A stretch of 64,000 bases of DNA from Candidatus Bathyarchaeota archaeon (lineage in GTDB: Archaea; Thermoproteota; Bathyarchaeia; Bathyarchaeales; DTEX01): positions 544,001 to 608,000 of the forward strand of contig CAVQNT010000002.1 of assembly GCA_963714275.1 (NCBI GenBank), in the 5' to 3' direction. Below the pieces are notes generated by a model that did no database searches, was not told the DNA's origin, and saw nothing but the letters and a program-made list of their open reading frames with translations. The translations under genes and the position numbers were made by a program. Of this stretch, positions 43,182-54,715 are shown piece after piece (the stretch's first letter is position 1; each line of letters begins with the position of its first letter).

Positions 43182-44384
43182 ATGCGTGAGACAATGAAGA
43201 CCGAAGAAAAAGACATACTGGTAATCGGCGCAGGACCAGCTGGGCTAATCGCTGCCTGTGAAGCTGCAACCAAACAAGCTGACGTCGCAGTCCTAGAGGA
43301 GCATGAGGAAATTGGGAAGCCATGCCACTGCGCAGGATTACTTAGCCTCAGAGGCTTGGAAAGATTAGGTGCGCCTACTGATGGAGCTTATGTTCAGAAC
43401 AAAGTCAAGGGTGCACGCTTCTTCTCGCCCTCAGGATTATCCTTCACTGTCGAAAAAAGCGATCCTGTAGCATGCGTCATAGACCGCAGCATTTTCGACA
43501 GGTTTCTGGCACAAAAAACAGCAGAAGCAGGCGTCCGAATAAGCCTAAATGAACAAGTAAAAGGCATAAAACGCAGCGAAAAAGAAACCGTTATACAATC
43601 AGAAAATAAAAAAATTTATGCAAAGATGGTCATTGACGCTGAAGGCGCGTCCTCGAGGATTATAAAAGACATGGGTTTCAAGCCTATAAACCGCGACTCA
43701 GTTGTTCCAGGGATACAACAGGACCTTGAAAATGTCAGCGTAGACCCCGAATATGTTGAAGTCTATTTTGGCAGCAAGATAGCGCCTAGGTTCTTTGCGT
43801 GGATCATCCCCCTAAGTGAAAACAAGGCAAGAGTCGGCTTAGGATGTAAAGGAGAAAATTCTAAGGAGCACCTTGACGAGTTTGTTAAAAGACATTTTGG
43901 AAACGGATATTATTTGAAGCGTGGTGACGTCCGTTCTGGCTTGATTATAACTGGTGGTCCTGTTGACAGAACTTTTGGCGATCGGTTTCTTGTTGTGGGC
44001 GACGCAGCGGGTCAGGTAAAGCCCACGACAGGCGGAGGAGTCATCCTTGGAGGAATATGCGCTTCAATTGCTGGAAAAATCGCATCTGAAGCTGTTGCCT
44101 GCGGAGATTGTTCTATCTCATTTCTTGGTCGATACGAAACTTTGTGGAAAGACGAGATTGGCAAGGATTTTAGGTCAATGCTGTTAGCTAGAAAGGTTAT
44201 GAATCGCCTTTCTGACCGAGCTATAGACAAGCTCTTCAACATCGTAATAAAAGAGGACCTACAGGGGCTTTCTTCCGCAGAAGGTGATATGGACTTCCAA
44301 AGCAGCGTCATCCTGAAGATGCTTAGGAAAAAAGAGATTCTTGGAGTCTTACCTTCCTTTCTAAGAGCTCTTGTTCCTTTCTAG
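43182..44384 (+). CDS. Geranylgeranyl reductase family FAD-dependent oxidoreductase
   Basis: GAGPAG, CAG, DAEG, FAWIIP, GDAAGQVKP.TGGG. Confidence 0.9.
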   Translation: MRETMKTEEKDILVIGAGPAGLIAACEAATKQADVAVLEEHEEIGKPCHCAGLLSLRGLERLGAPTDGAYVQNKVKGARFFSPSGLSFTVEKSDPVACVIDRSIFDRFLAQKTAEAGVRISLNEQVKGIKRSEKETVIQSENKKIYAKMVIDAEGASSRIIKDMGFKPINRDSVVPGIQQDLENVSVDPEYVEVYFGSKIAPRFFAWIIPLSENKARVGLGCKGENSKEHLDEFVKRHFGNGYYLKRGDVRSGLIITGGPVDRTFGDRFLVVGDAAGQVKPTTGGGVILGGICASIAGKIASEAVACGDCSISFLGRYETLWKDEIGKDFRSMLLARKVMNRLSDRAIDKLFNIVIKEDLQGLSSAEGDMDFQSSVILKMLRKKEILGVLPSFLRALVPF

Positions 44385-44495
44385 CCTCACATCATTTTTT
44401 AATGCCTTTGTTAACCTATTTTTTAAGGCTAGCAGAGAATAGCATATATATGGAAGAATTCTGTAATTATGCCGTTTCGTTTGAGGTGTAGACTG

Positions 44496-44683
44496 ATGAG
44501 TGAAGGCAAAACAGTCTCGATGCCCATGTGCACGTCATGCAACAGAATAATCGGTCCCGGAGCCGAAGCAACGAAGTTTCCATGCCCAAGCTGCGGAGAA
44601 ATCACAATCTGGCGATGCGCCAAATGCCGAGAGTTCAGACGGCTCTACAGATGCCCAAAATGCGGCTTTCAAGGACCTTCAGC
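44496..44683 (+). CDS. DUF1610 (HVO_2753-like) Zn-ribbon protein; stop codon probably lost through a 1-bp error
   Basis: CTSC...FPCPSCG...I.RC.KCR....YRCPKCGFQGP, the usual C-terminus of this family. Confidence 0.88.
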
Positions 44684-44835
44684 TAAGACTTTGCCATTTG
44701 AAATTTTTGGATTCATCCTTTTCTTTTCTTCTTTGCTTTAAAAACAAATTATATTATTAAAAAAGGAAGGAGCATAATGGACTTCTATTTTTAATAAAGA
44801 AGATCTTCACTCTTTACAGAACAAAGATTTACCAA

Positions 44836-44981
44836 TTTTTGCGCCTCAAAACAACAGAACAGGTGCGCCGGCAAAACAGAAAGGATCTTTTTAGGCTGTG
44901 ATTTGTTACACAAATCAGATAGCCGCGAAGACGATACAAAGCGTTGTTCAAAATTAAAACTTGGTTGTTGAACAAAAAAGA
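44836..44981 (-). repeat. Dispersed intergenic repeat, locus D
   Basis: Reverse complement contains TCTGATTTGTGTAACA and GGCGCACCTGTTCTGTTGTTTT, the latter identical to locus A. Confidence 0.85.
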
Positions 44982-45042
44982 CTAAGCAGAAACGCTTAAA
45001 CCCGTATAAATAAAGAAGGAAAGCTGGAAAGAAGGCTGGAAG

Positions 45043-46083
45043 ATGAAGGCAGTTGTAAAGTATGCTTCTGGACCCGGAAACGTTGAAAATAGGGATGTCC
45101 CTGAACCTTTCCCTGGACCTGACGAGGTTAAGATTGAGGTTAAAGCAGCAGGGATTTGCGGATCAGACCTTCACATTTACGACGGGGACATAAAGCTTCT
45201 GATGAGACTTCCAGTTGTCATTGGTCATGAATTCAGCGGAATCATAACGGAGGTAGGCTCATCCGTGTCCGAGTTCAAACCGGGCGAAAGAGTCAGCAGC
45301 GAAACCTCTGCCCAAGTCTGCGGTTCATGCATCTCTTGCCAAACTGGAAACTACAACGTTTGCGAACAGAAACGCTTAATCGGATACTGGTTCAACGGCG
45401 CATTCGCTAAATACTGCGTGGTTCCAAGCCGCCTAGTTCACCGCTTACCCGACAACGTGAGCTTCATTGGAGGCGCACTCTGCGAACCCCTAATGTGCTG
45501 CGTGAACGGGGTTCTCGAGAAAACAGCCATCTCGTCCGGAGACACCGTCGTCGTGGCAGGACCAGGCACAATTGGACTTTTAAGCCTGCAGTTGGTCAAG
45601 GCAGAGGGCGGATTCGTGATTCTGTGCGGCACATCAGCAGATAAAAGAAGGCTTGCTCTCGGAAAGAATCTAGGAGCAGACATAACAATAAACGTTGAAG
45701 AGCAGAATCCGCGGGAAACAGTTTCAGAAATGACCAAAGGCGAAGGCTGCGACGTTTTTCTTGAATGCTCAGGCTCTCCGAGCGCTGTCCGTATGGGGTT
45801 AAACCTTGTTCGGCGCGGTGGACAATACACTCAGCTCGGCTTAGCTGGACGCCCTTTTGAGCTTGATTTTGACCTTGTCGCATACAAAGAACTGACCGTG
45901 AAAGGAATGCTGGGGCAAAGGTGGACAGCGTGGAAACGTGGCATGGAACTGCTGGAAAAAGGATTAGTAAAAACTGAAGAACTAGTCTCAGACATCCTGC
46001 CTTTAACAAAGTGGCAAGAGGGCTTCGAAAAGATGAGACGCAGAGAAGGCATAAAAATAATCTTGAATCCACAGGAATGCTGA
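45043..46083 (+). CDS. Zn-dependent medium-chain alcohol dehydrogenase (sorbitol/threonine dehydrogenase-like)
   Basis: GICGSDLH, GHE, C..C..C.......C, GPG.IG. Confidence 0.92.
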   Translation: MKAVVKYASGPGNVENRDVPEPFPGPDEVKIEVKAAGICGSDLHIYDGDIKLLMRLPVVIGHEFSGIITEVGSSVSEFKPGERVSSETSAQVCGSCISCQTGNYNVCEQKRLIGYWFNGAFAKYCVVPSRLVHRLPDNVSFIGGALCEPLMCCVNGVLEKTAISSGDTVVVAGPGTIGLLSLQLVKAEGGFVILCGTSADKRRLALGKNLGADITINVEEQNPRETVSEMTKGEGCDVFLECSGSPSAVRMGLNLVRRGGQYTQLGLAGRPFELDFDLVAYKELTVKGMLGQRWTAWKRGMELLEKGLVKTEELVSDILPLTKWQEGFEKMRRREGIKIILNPQEC

Positions 46084-46131
46084 ATTATCTCTTGCTGCAC
46101 TAAGCCAAAGAAGGCTCCACTTTGACCGTAG

Positions 46132-46308
46132 CTATCCGGCAGCAAACTGCAAAAGCGTGCAAACTATTATTAATGCCACAGAAAAAATCACAATAACCTC
46201 TGGCCTGACCCGTATTCCAGGAGTGTCCTCCTCGAAAAACCTGAGCAAGCCCGCGCCAGCAGCTGGCATCGGAGCCATATCTTGCCTTTTTTTCCTTCTG
46301 AAACCCAT
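46132..46308 (-). CDS. secG: Preprotein translocase subunit Sec61beta (58 aa, below the ORF-track cutoff)
   Basis: MGFRRKKRQDMAPMPAAGAGLLRFFEEDTPGIRVRPEVIVIFSVALIIV. Confidence 0.9.
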   Translation of the reverse strand: MGFRRKKRQDMAPMPAAGAGLLRFFEEDTPGIRVRPEVIVIFSVALIIVCTLLQFAAG

Positions 46309-46472
46309 TGTACATCATTCCAGAGGTTAGTTTCTCGAATAAAATTGGAACAATAACTAATTAAGTTTATGTTTTTAGTGCCTAATGCGTCTCAGATTTC
46401 AGCCTGTTGCCTAGCCCTTTTCTTATAAAGGTTATCGAAAGTCTTTTTTAACCTTAGACAGAAATATAGAGT

Positions 46473-48095
46473 ATGCAGACAAGGTTTATTTTTATTACTG
46501 GCGGCGTCATTTCTGGCTTAGGAAAGGGTATTGTCACTTCCTCTATTGGCAAAATGCTTCAATTCCGAGGCTTTAAGGTAAGTGCCTGCAAGATTGACCC
46601 TTACATAAATTTTGATGCTGGCACACTTAGGCCCACCGAACACGGCGAGGTGTGGGTGACTGAAGATGGGGGAGAAATCGATCAAGACTTAGGACACTAC
46701 GAAAGGTTCCTTGATGTCAACATCCCGAAAGACCACAACATTACGACAGGCCAAGTTTACAACGAAGTCATAACGAAGGAAAGGGCAGGAAAATACTTAG
46801 GTCAAACAGTTCAGCCAATCCCGCATGTTACGGATGAAATAAAAAGGCGGCTCAGAGAAAATGCCAAAGGTTCAGGGGCAGAGTTTTTACTCGTGGAGAT
46901 AGGCGGAACCGTAGGTGACTACGAAAACATCCTTTTTCTAGAAGCAGCAAGACAGATGAGAAGGGAAAAAGATCCCGTGCTCTACGTTCATGTAGCCTAT
47001 TTGCCTATTCCTAAAAGCCTCGGGGAGATGAAGACAAAAGCAGTCCAGCATTCGGTTCGTGAACTAAGAGAAATTGGCATTCAACCTGACTTCATTATTG
47101 GCAGAGGAGACACCTACCTCGATGATGTAAGGAAGAGGAAGATTGCCCTCTTCTGCAATGTCAATGAAGAAGATGTCATATCAGACCCTGAAATCGAGAA
47201 CATCTACAAGCTCCCACTCATTTTCGAGCAGGAAAAGTTCGGAGACAAAATTCTCGTAAAATTAAACATGCAATTAATGAAACCTCAAAACAAAGAATGG
47301 AGCGAATTTATCGAAAAAGTAGATGAGCTCAAGAATGAAGTGAAAGTAGGCATTGTCGGAAAATACTTTGACATAGGAAAATTTCAGCTTCCAGACTCAT
47401 ACGTCTCCGTCATCGAAGCAATCAAGCACGCAGCATGGCACAACAACCGAAAACCCTCCATCTCTTGGATAGACTCCAAACTTTTCGAAGAAAAAGAAGA
47501 AAACCTCAAAACACTAGAGAAAGTTGACGGTATAATCGTTCCCGGAGGCTTCGGAAAAACAGGAGTCGAAGGCAAAATAGTAGCAATAAAATATGTCCGA
47601 GAAAATGGCATACCGTTTCTTGGGCTTTGCCTTGGACTGCAGCTAGCGGTTGTAGAGTTCGCGAGGAACGTTTGCAGGTTGGAAGGAGCCAACACGGCTG
47701 AAATTGTGCCTGATACGCCTTACCCCGTGATTGACCTGTTGCCTGAACAGAAAGAAATCCTGAAGAAGTCGAAGTACGGAGCCACAATGAGGCTGGGTGG
47801 ACAAATAGTCAAAATAAAGCCAAGCACCCTTGCCTATAGGTTGTATGGTTGCGAAGAAGTTGTTGAAAGGTTCCGACATAGGTACGAAATTAATCCAGAA
47901 TACGTTGAAGTCCTTGAAAAAAATGGCTTTGTATTTTCAGGAATGACGCCTGACAAACGAATAATGCAGATAGGCGAACTTCCTCAACACCCATTCTTTA
48001 TCGGGAGCCAATTTCACCCCGAGTTCACGTCAAGAGTCTTGAAGCCTAATCCGCTTTTTAATGGGTTCATTCAATCCTGCGTCTCGAAAGATTAA
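46473..48095 (+). CDS. pyrG: CTP synthase
   Basis: TGGVISGLGKG, DQDLGHYERF, GLCLG, RHRYE, QFHPEF. Confidence 0.98.
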   Translation: MQTRFIFITGGVISGLGKGIVTSSIGKMLQFRGFKVSACKIDPYINFDAGTLRPTEHGEVWVTEDGGEIDQDLGHYERFLDVNIPKDHNITTGQVYNEVITKERAGKYLGQTVQPIPHVTDEIKRRLRENAKGSGAEFLLVEIGGTVGDYENILFLEAARQMRREKDPVLYVHVAYLPIPKSLGEMKTKAVQHSVRELREIGIQPDFIIGRGDTYLDDVRKRKIALFCNVNEEDVISDPEIENIYKLPLIFEQEKFGDKILVKLNMQLMKPQNKEWSEFIEKVDELKNEVKVGIVGKYFDIGKFQLPDSYVSVIEAIKHAAWHNNRKPSISWIDSKLFEEKEENLKTLEKVDGIIVPGGFGKTGVEGKIVAIKYVRENGIPFLGLCLGLQLAVVEFARNVCRLEGANTAEIVPDTPYPVIDLLPEQKEILKKSKYGATMRLGGQIVKIKPSTLAYRLYGCEEVVERFRHRYEINPEYVEVLEKNGFVFSGMTPDKRIMQIGELPQHPFFIGSQFHPEFTSRVLKPNPLFNGFIQSCVSKD

Positions 48096-48195
48096 TAACA
48101 ATAAAAACATTCATGAATCTACTTGAAATCAAGACTTTATGCCTATATTTGTGGGCCTAAAGCGAAAGACTTTTCTCTGATTGTTTCGTATGTTT

Positions 48196-49260
48196 ATGAG
48201 AAAAATGAGTACAAAGGCGGAATCTTGCTTGAAAGTTGGAGTTTTAACAGGCGGAGGAGACGCTCCGGGACTGAACGCCACGATTAGGGCTGTGGTTAGG
48301 AAATGCGAAAAATATGGATATGAAGTCGTCGGAATACGGTATGGCTGGGGTGGCTTGCTGGAACTTGACACGATGAAACTGAAATACGAAGACATAAAAG
48401 ATATAATCCACAAAGGCGGAACAATAATCAAGACTTCCCGAACCAACCCCATAAAAATGCAGGATGGAATCAAGAAGGCAGCCAAAAACTTCAAGAAACT
48501 TGGTTTAGACGCACTTATAGCAATAGGCGGAGACGACACATTAAGCGTGGCTGCTGCACTAAGCGACGCCAAACTCAACGTTATCGGCATTCCGAAGACG
48601 ATTGATTACGACGTTCCTGAAACGGAGTTTACTATAGGCTTCGACTCAGCAATTAATTTGGCTATGCGTACAATCGAGAATCTTCAGGACACAGCTGAGT
48701 CCCATGACAGAGTCTTCGTAGTCGAAATAATGGGAAGGCACGCAGGCTGGATTGCCCTTTACTCCGGACTAACTGCTGGTGTTGACCTGATCCTGATTCC
48801 CGAGGAACCCTTCAGCATCAAGGACGTGGTGAACTTTGTGAAGAAAAAAACATCAAAAAAGGGAGGCCAATCAGTCATAATTGTTGTGGCTGAAGGAGCT
48901 GTAATCAAAGACTACGAAGGTCCCGTAACGAAGGATACAAGCGTTGACCAGTTCGGGCATGTACGCCTTGGTGGCATAGGAGAATTTCTTGCGAAAGAGA
49001 TAGAGAAAGCAACAGGCGCAGAAACCAGAGCTGTTGTCCCTGCGCACACAATTAGAGGAGGACCCCCAACGGCTATGGACCGCATTGTTCCAACAAGGTA
49101 TGGATTGGCAGCTGTTGACTTAGTAAAGCAGGGGAAGTTCGGCTACATGGTGGCGCTGAAAGCTGGAGAAATTGTGCCAGTTCCGCTTTCGAAGGCGACA
49201 GGAAAAACCAAGACCGTCAGCAAAGAGCTGTATGGAGAAGCGAAAGTCTTCTTTGAGTAA
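48196..49260 (+). CDS. pfkA: PfkA-family 6-phosphofructokinase, probably PPi-dependent
   Basis: TGGGDAPG, GGDDT, PKTID, EIMGR. Confidence 0.92.
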   Translation: MRKMSTKAESCLKVGVLTGGGDAPGLNATIRAVVRKCEKYGYEVVGIRYGWGGLLELDTMKLKYEDIKDIIHKGGTIIKTSRTNPIKMQDGIKKAAKNFKKLGLDALIAIGGDDTLSVAAALSDAKLNVIGIPKTIDYDVPETEFTIGFDSAINLAMRTIENLQDTAESHDRVFVVEIMGRHAGWIALYSGLTAGVDLILIPEEPFSIKDVVNFVKKKTSKKGGQSVIIVVAEGAVIKDYEGPVTKDTSVDQFGHVRLGGIGEFLAKEIEKATGAETRAVVPAHTIRGGPPTAMDRIVPTRYGLAAVDLVKQGKFGYMVALKAGEIVPVPLSKATGKTKTVSKELYGEAKVFFE

Positions 49261-49323
49261 AAAGCCTTCATTACGAACGAAAAACCAAGAAGAACCTTTT
49301 TCTATTTTTTTGGTTCATTTAGG

Positions 49324-52300
49324 CTACGTGTATTCGATTCCTAAGGGTCTCTTCAGGAAGTCGAAGATTTCTTCCATTTCCTGAATCTTGTTTCTTAACT
49401 CCGCAAGTCTTGCCTGTAGGGGTCCGCATGTTTTCACGTATTCTTCTTCCGTGATTTCGCCTAGGTTGTATGAGGTCGTGATTCTTTCTACCTCAACTTC
49501 GATTTTTCCGATGTCGTCATGAATCAGTTTGTGATGAGGCTCTAGGTTAATGGTCATTGTTCTCAGATTCTTGGATTTTTCTTCAATTATGCTTATGTAT
49601 TTCTCTCGGAACTCGTTGTAGATTTCATCCGAAAGCTTACCTTTCTGTCCATCCAATATCCTGATTTTCTTGCTGCAGTCTTTGACTTGGTTCACGATTT
49701 CCTTGATTTCGGACATAATTTCCTCTATGGTCTTAACCTTCCGTGGGGCTTCTCTGATAATCGTCATCTTCAACTGCATTTCTTTCCAAGAAGAGAACCC
49801 GATCATGTACTGTTCTAAGTCTCGGGTTATCTGCCTGATCCTTTCGTAGTTGCGGTAACTTACTGGGAACTGAATGACGGGTATGAGGATGTCGCCTTCT
49901 CTCACGCCTTTTATTTCGCATGGCACAGTGACTCGAGCCATTTCGCCCATCGCGACGAAGGACACGACGAATGTTCCGTCCCTATATAGCTCTCCTTTGA
50001 CCGAGTGAGGGTCCACGAGCGACGTTTTGAATTTCCCGATGGTTTCTCTAATGTAAGAAAAGAGCATCTCTCCGTTCTGAACGCTTTCTCTGATTGGTAG
50101 TGTTAATGTTGTGATGCCACCGGAGGTTATTAGTTCCCCGACCATTTCCCGTTTTTGTTCCCTGCCCAAGAGGCTTATTCCGCGTGCCCTCGCGGCAGGT
50201 ATGTATCCTCCCAGAAACACCATAACCACGCCAGTCAAGAGTGCAACAAGTATTGAGGGCATTGACCAATGAGCAAGCGGAAGTGACAGTGTTTCTAGAC
50301 CCGACGTAGATATGAAGCTGGACATGAAAGATAGTCCAGCTCCCAAAATGTAGCTACCAAAGAAACCGATGAACGTGCCCATTAAACCGAGTAGAAGAGC
50401 TTCAACGAGGAAAACCTGAAATGCGTTCTTGGGATCAAGCCCAAGCGTGGCTAATGTAGAAAATTCTCTTCTTCTTTCCTCATATACTGACACCATTGTG
50501 GTGTACATCATCAATCCCGCAATTACGAGCGGTGGTATGTAAGGAATAAGCCCAGTAACCGAAAACTCCGTTGACCACACAATTTTTTGGGATATTCCGT
50601 CCTTGTTGGCTATAGTTGGAACCGCTAAAGTGTATGCGAGTTCTTTAGCGACATCAACCGGATTGACGCCTTGGTTTACGAGAATCGTAACTTCAGAAAT
50701 GACAATTGCTGGATCTCTTAAAGACTTTAATGGAATTAGAACAACCAAGGAAGCATCCTCAAACAAGGGAGTGTTATCTAACTTTATTAGATCGCTGAAG
50801 GCTGTCTGTGGGTCGAATACGCCTACTACACGAAACTCGCCCACTGTTCTAGTGATAGGGAACATAACTGTCTCTGTTATGGTTAAACCGACAGTCTTGG
50901 TTTACCATGAAACCAAAGTCAGATGGAACAATGATTACAGGTTCTCCTTCCACAAATTGGTTCCAGAGCCCCGTGACACGTCTAGATATGTTATAATATT
51001 TTTCCATGTAAGCGGGATCTATGCATACTACATTGATGTTTGTGTAGCTACTTCCACCAACAGAGATGGACACTCTACGAGCCAAGACGGATCCCGATGA
51101 CAATTCCTCTTGTGGCTGTATCGTTTCAATGTAAGATAGTTCCTTGCACCATTGCTGCAGACGAGTCCAGTTTACATCGTACTCAGTTATTGAGGCTACG
51201 GAAGTGTCTGGCACCACTAATACACCCGAAACGTTGGTGCCTATCCATTGCTCCTCAAATTTAGTTTCTCGGCTCATAGAAATATTTACGAAGACTATGG
51301 CTGAAGAAACAATAATTACGATTGTTATTAAGGTCAGCAAGGTTCGGGATTTTCTGCGTTTCAGACTTCTTACACCTAATTGTAGAGCGAGATCTGTCAT
51401 TGTCTTCTGGCGTACTGACAGCAACTGCATAGCGAAATAGGTTAAGCATCCTATCACGAAGCAACCTATCAGAGACAAGGGTAGGCTAACGCTTCTACTC
51501 CCAATTAACATAGCGAAGGTTATTTTCAGGGAAGGGTGAGAAAGAGAAAACATTAACATGACGAGAAAGAAAATTAGCACTTTAGTTATTAGCCGAATCT
51601 TGTTTTGGGATGGTTCATCAAAAACAAAGCTCGAAAGTAAAGACCCTAACCCGTACGCGAACAGGCTTATACCAATAGCTGTCAATACAGCTGTAACCTT
51701 ATTGTCAGAGAGCCATTTCATGAGATCGAGGAATTTGCTGGCTGAAGTCTTTGCACCACCAAAGGCCGATGTGTATTCGCCTGCTCTGTAAAGACCTAGA
51801 ACTCGATTCCAGAGGCTTTTGATTGCATTATATTCCTCTAGTTCTTTATCAAGTGGATATCCTGTGGAGTTGAAGAATTCAACTTCCTTATACATACTGT
51901 ACGTCGCACGTTCCACGTATTCAACGGCCGCATGGTACATCCAGTTGATTGAGGTCGTGTTTTCGTCTACTTTAACTATCAACGGCGAAATAGGATCCTG
52001 ACCATACCTTAACTTTTCAGTTTCAATGTTTGCCCACTCTGTGGTTCTATGGTAGATAACAATTTCATAATTAAGCGGGAAGAAATATAGCCGCTCAAAC
52101 GTGCTTCCATTACTAGGTATGTCTGTTTGGATTGCTGGTGTTAATATGAGATTCTGAGGTTCTCCAGTTATTGGGTCACAGTCAAGAACTCTAACAAGTT
52201 TTCCCTTAAGAACCCATATTGTACCCTCTATGTACTGCTTGTTAGTTAAAACCCTGTTCGATAAACCAATTCCCAGTCCAGAATGTATTGTGTGGTTCGC

Positions 52301-52693
52301 GCTATATTGTTCTTGATAACGGAATGTTTGAAGCTCTTCTATGAACGTGTTTTGTACTTTAATCAATGTATAATTGTCTGACAGATCAACATCCATGAGT
52401 ACCATGGTGTCAGGAACATAAGTTGTATTCACGTTTCCAAGGGATATTTGTACAACTCCAATCTCACTTGTGTGATTAGAGATTCTCCTGTAGCCCCAAT
52501 CCGTGTAAACATCAATTGTCACGGATAGGTTTGCAACAGCAATGCCTGTGTTATATTCTCTAACCTGTATAGACAAGTAAATAGGCACCGTCTCTACTTC
52601 CTGAAGAACATTAGCAGCTTGGGCTGGCATGGAAGTAAATGACGTGCAAAACGCAAGTAGAAGCATAAGAATAACTATTCGTGAGACCTTCAT
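49324..52693 (-). CDS. Large FtsX/MacB-type permease with N-terminal extracellular region and C-terminal coiled-coil tail (frameshift near 50898; about 1120 aa)
   Basis: Signal peptide; RSLKRRKSRTLLTLITI; SVYEERRREFSTLATLGL...FLVEALLLG; GYIPAARA. Confidence 0.82.
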
Positions 52694-54715
52694 CGCATCT
52701 CTCTGCCTCCCAGTTCCATTATTCTTGCTTCATACTCTTCTCTGAGTTTCCTGTAAATTTTATACTCAACTTGACCGTTCTTATATATCATTTCCAACTT
52801 TGACAGCATATTCTTATATCTTCTGATTTCCAGCGGTGTTCTTAACTTTCTTCTTTCTAGAATGACGGTGAACGATGCGAAGGGAAGAATGAGAAGCATA
52901 AGCGAAATCCAAATGATAGATTTGATGCTACAATTAATAGTATAATTTTGGTCGCTATTAAGGTTTACAGCTTGTGAACCTGAAAAGATTCCATGTTCTA
53001 TAGTTATTCCGTAGGAGCCCTGAGGAAGCAACAACGTGAGGTTACCTGTCTCATCTGTGTCAGTATCCGCTCTGATACGTTCGCTTGTTGCTACTAACAC
53101 GACATCAGCCTTCGATAAAGCGTTGCCAAACTGGTCTACGCAACGGAGCGTAAGACTGAAGACCCCACACATTATTATCCTGCCATAATCAGTTCGGATG
53201 TTCACTGTTTGAGACGCAACCTGTGTCCCCATCCATTCAACATTAACAGTATAGACTGCCTAAACGTAAACTCTGACGTAAGATGTGACCAAACGAGTCA
53301 GTGTGTTCCCAAAACACCAAGTTTTCTGAGTCATCGTAGACTCTGACGAGTGCTCCAGAAAGGGGCTGACCTGTCCTCGTGACGAAACTAAGTGACATAT
53401 AGGTTTTTTCACCAATAATAATAAACGATTCCATTTTTTGCAGGTTGATGATCATTTCCTTAACAATTTCGCCACTTGAAACTGTTATCCAGTAGGTTCC
53501 GTTCCAAAGATCACTGAACCTGACCACCCCGTTTTCATCAGTCTTTGTCCAGTTGATTAACTGCATAGTTTGATTCGTAACTACTGTTACATTAGTGGGA
53601 GAATAGAAGATGACTTGGTCATACAATAATATAACATATCCAACCAAAGGCTCTCCGTCTAGGTCAATGCATGTAACAGTCAGGTTGTTCATCCAACATT
53701 TTATCGTGAAAACCTTGGTTTCTGTAACTTCAATCTCCTTGTAACCTATGGTTCTGTTTCCGTACCGTGCTGTTACAGCGAACTCTCCGTTGATGATGTA
53801 GACATTTTTGTGTTCAACATAGCCTGTTTCATTCGAGTTGTCTTCAAAGAAAAGGTGGCCATTCATGTCACGGGTGAAAACTTGGGCGTTTGTTACATTA
53901 AAATCGGAAGCTGCCACCAAATGTAACTGAAAATCGACCCTGAGACATGGCAATGTGATGTTTGTTGGATTCTGGAAGACCATGATCCCTTCGCCAACAG
54001 CTGGAGGAATCTTGGTTATTACTAACTCCCCGAGAACATATTCCCTAATTTCCGTTTCGACACCAATTATTTTCATTCGGTAAGTTCCATTCCACACTGC
54101 AAGAAAACTTAAGGTTCCGTTATTATCAGTCTTTGCCTGTCTGACCAAACTTCCGAGTTCTTCAGTGACCAAAGTGACGTTCTGACGCCTTACAACTGCG
54201 CCTGATTCATAGGCAAACTTGGGCGCATCATATTCCAGCTGGTCATAAAGCATTACAGTGTGGTTCGCTAAGCGGCTCCCCTGTTTGTCAACAAGCGTCA
54301 TGTTGAAATCGTAAGACCAAGTTTTTATGAGATGAGTCGCGTTCTGGTTGATGTTGATTTCCTGGTATCCAATGGTTCGGTTTGCTTTCTGGACCGAAAT
54401 GACGTATGAACCTGCCTCGATGAACCTAAGATTGATGTATCCTGTCTGGTTGGAAAGGTAGCTTGTCGATCTTTGTCCTTGAGGATCAAGAATCGTAACA
54501 TTGACGTCACCGTAGCTGGTCTTGTTCGCCCAGTCCCTCACCCATAATGTCACGTTGTATCTAGCTGGAACATCATCACCGATTGGACTCCGTAAAGCTT
54601 GGACCCCAATAATTGTAGATCCGTTGTTAGAGTATGTTGAATCATATAATGCTTGAGACAGTAATACGATTAAGATGAAGAACGTGCTGAAGACGATTTT
54701 TCTGTGCGTTTTCAT
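52690..54715 (-). CDS. Surface protein with repeated carboxypeptidase-regulatory-like/Ig beta sandwiches, C-terminal TM helix and short helical tail (frameshift near 53255; about 670 aa)
   Basis: MKTHRKIVF signal peptide; repeats of D..G..L....V...T(D/N)..G.......G.Y; ATGA overlaps on both sides. Confidence 0.75.
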
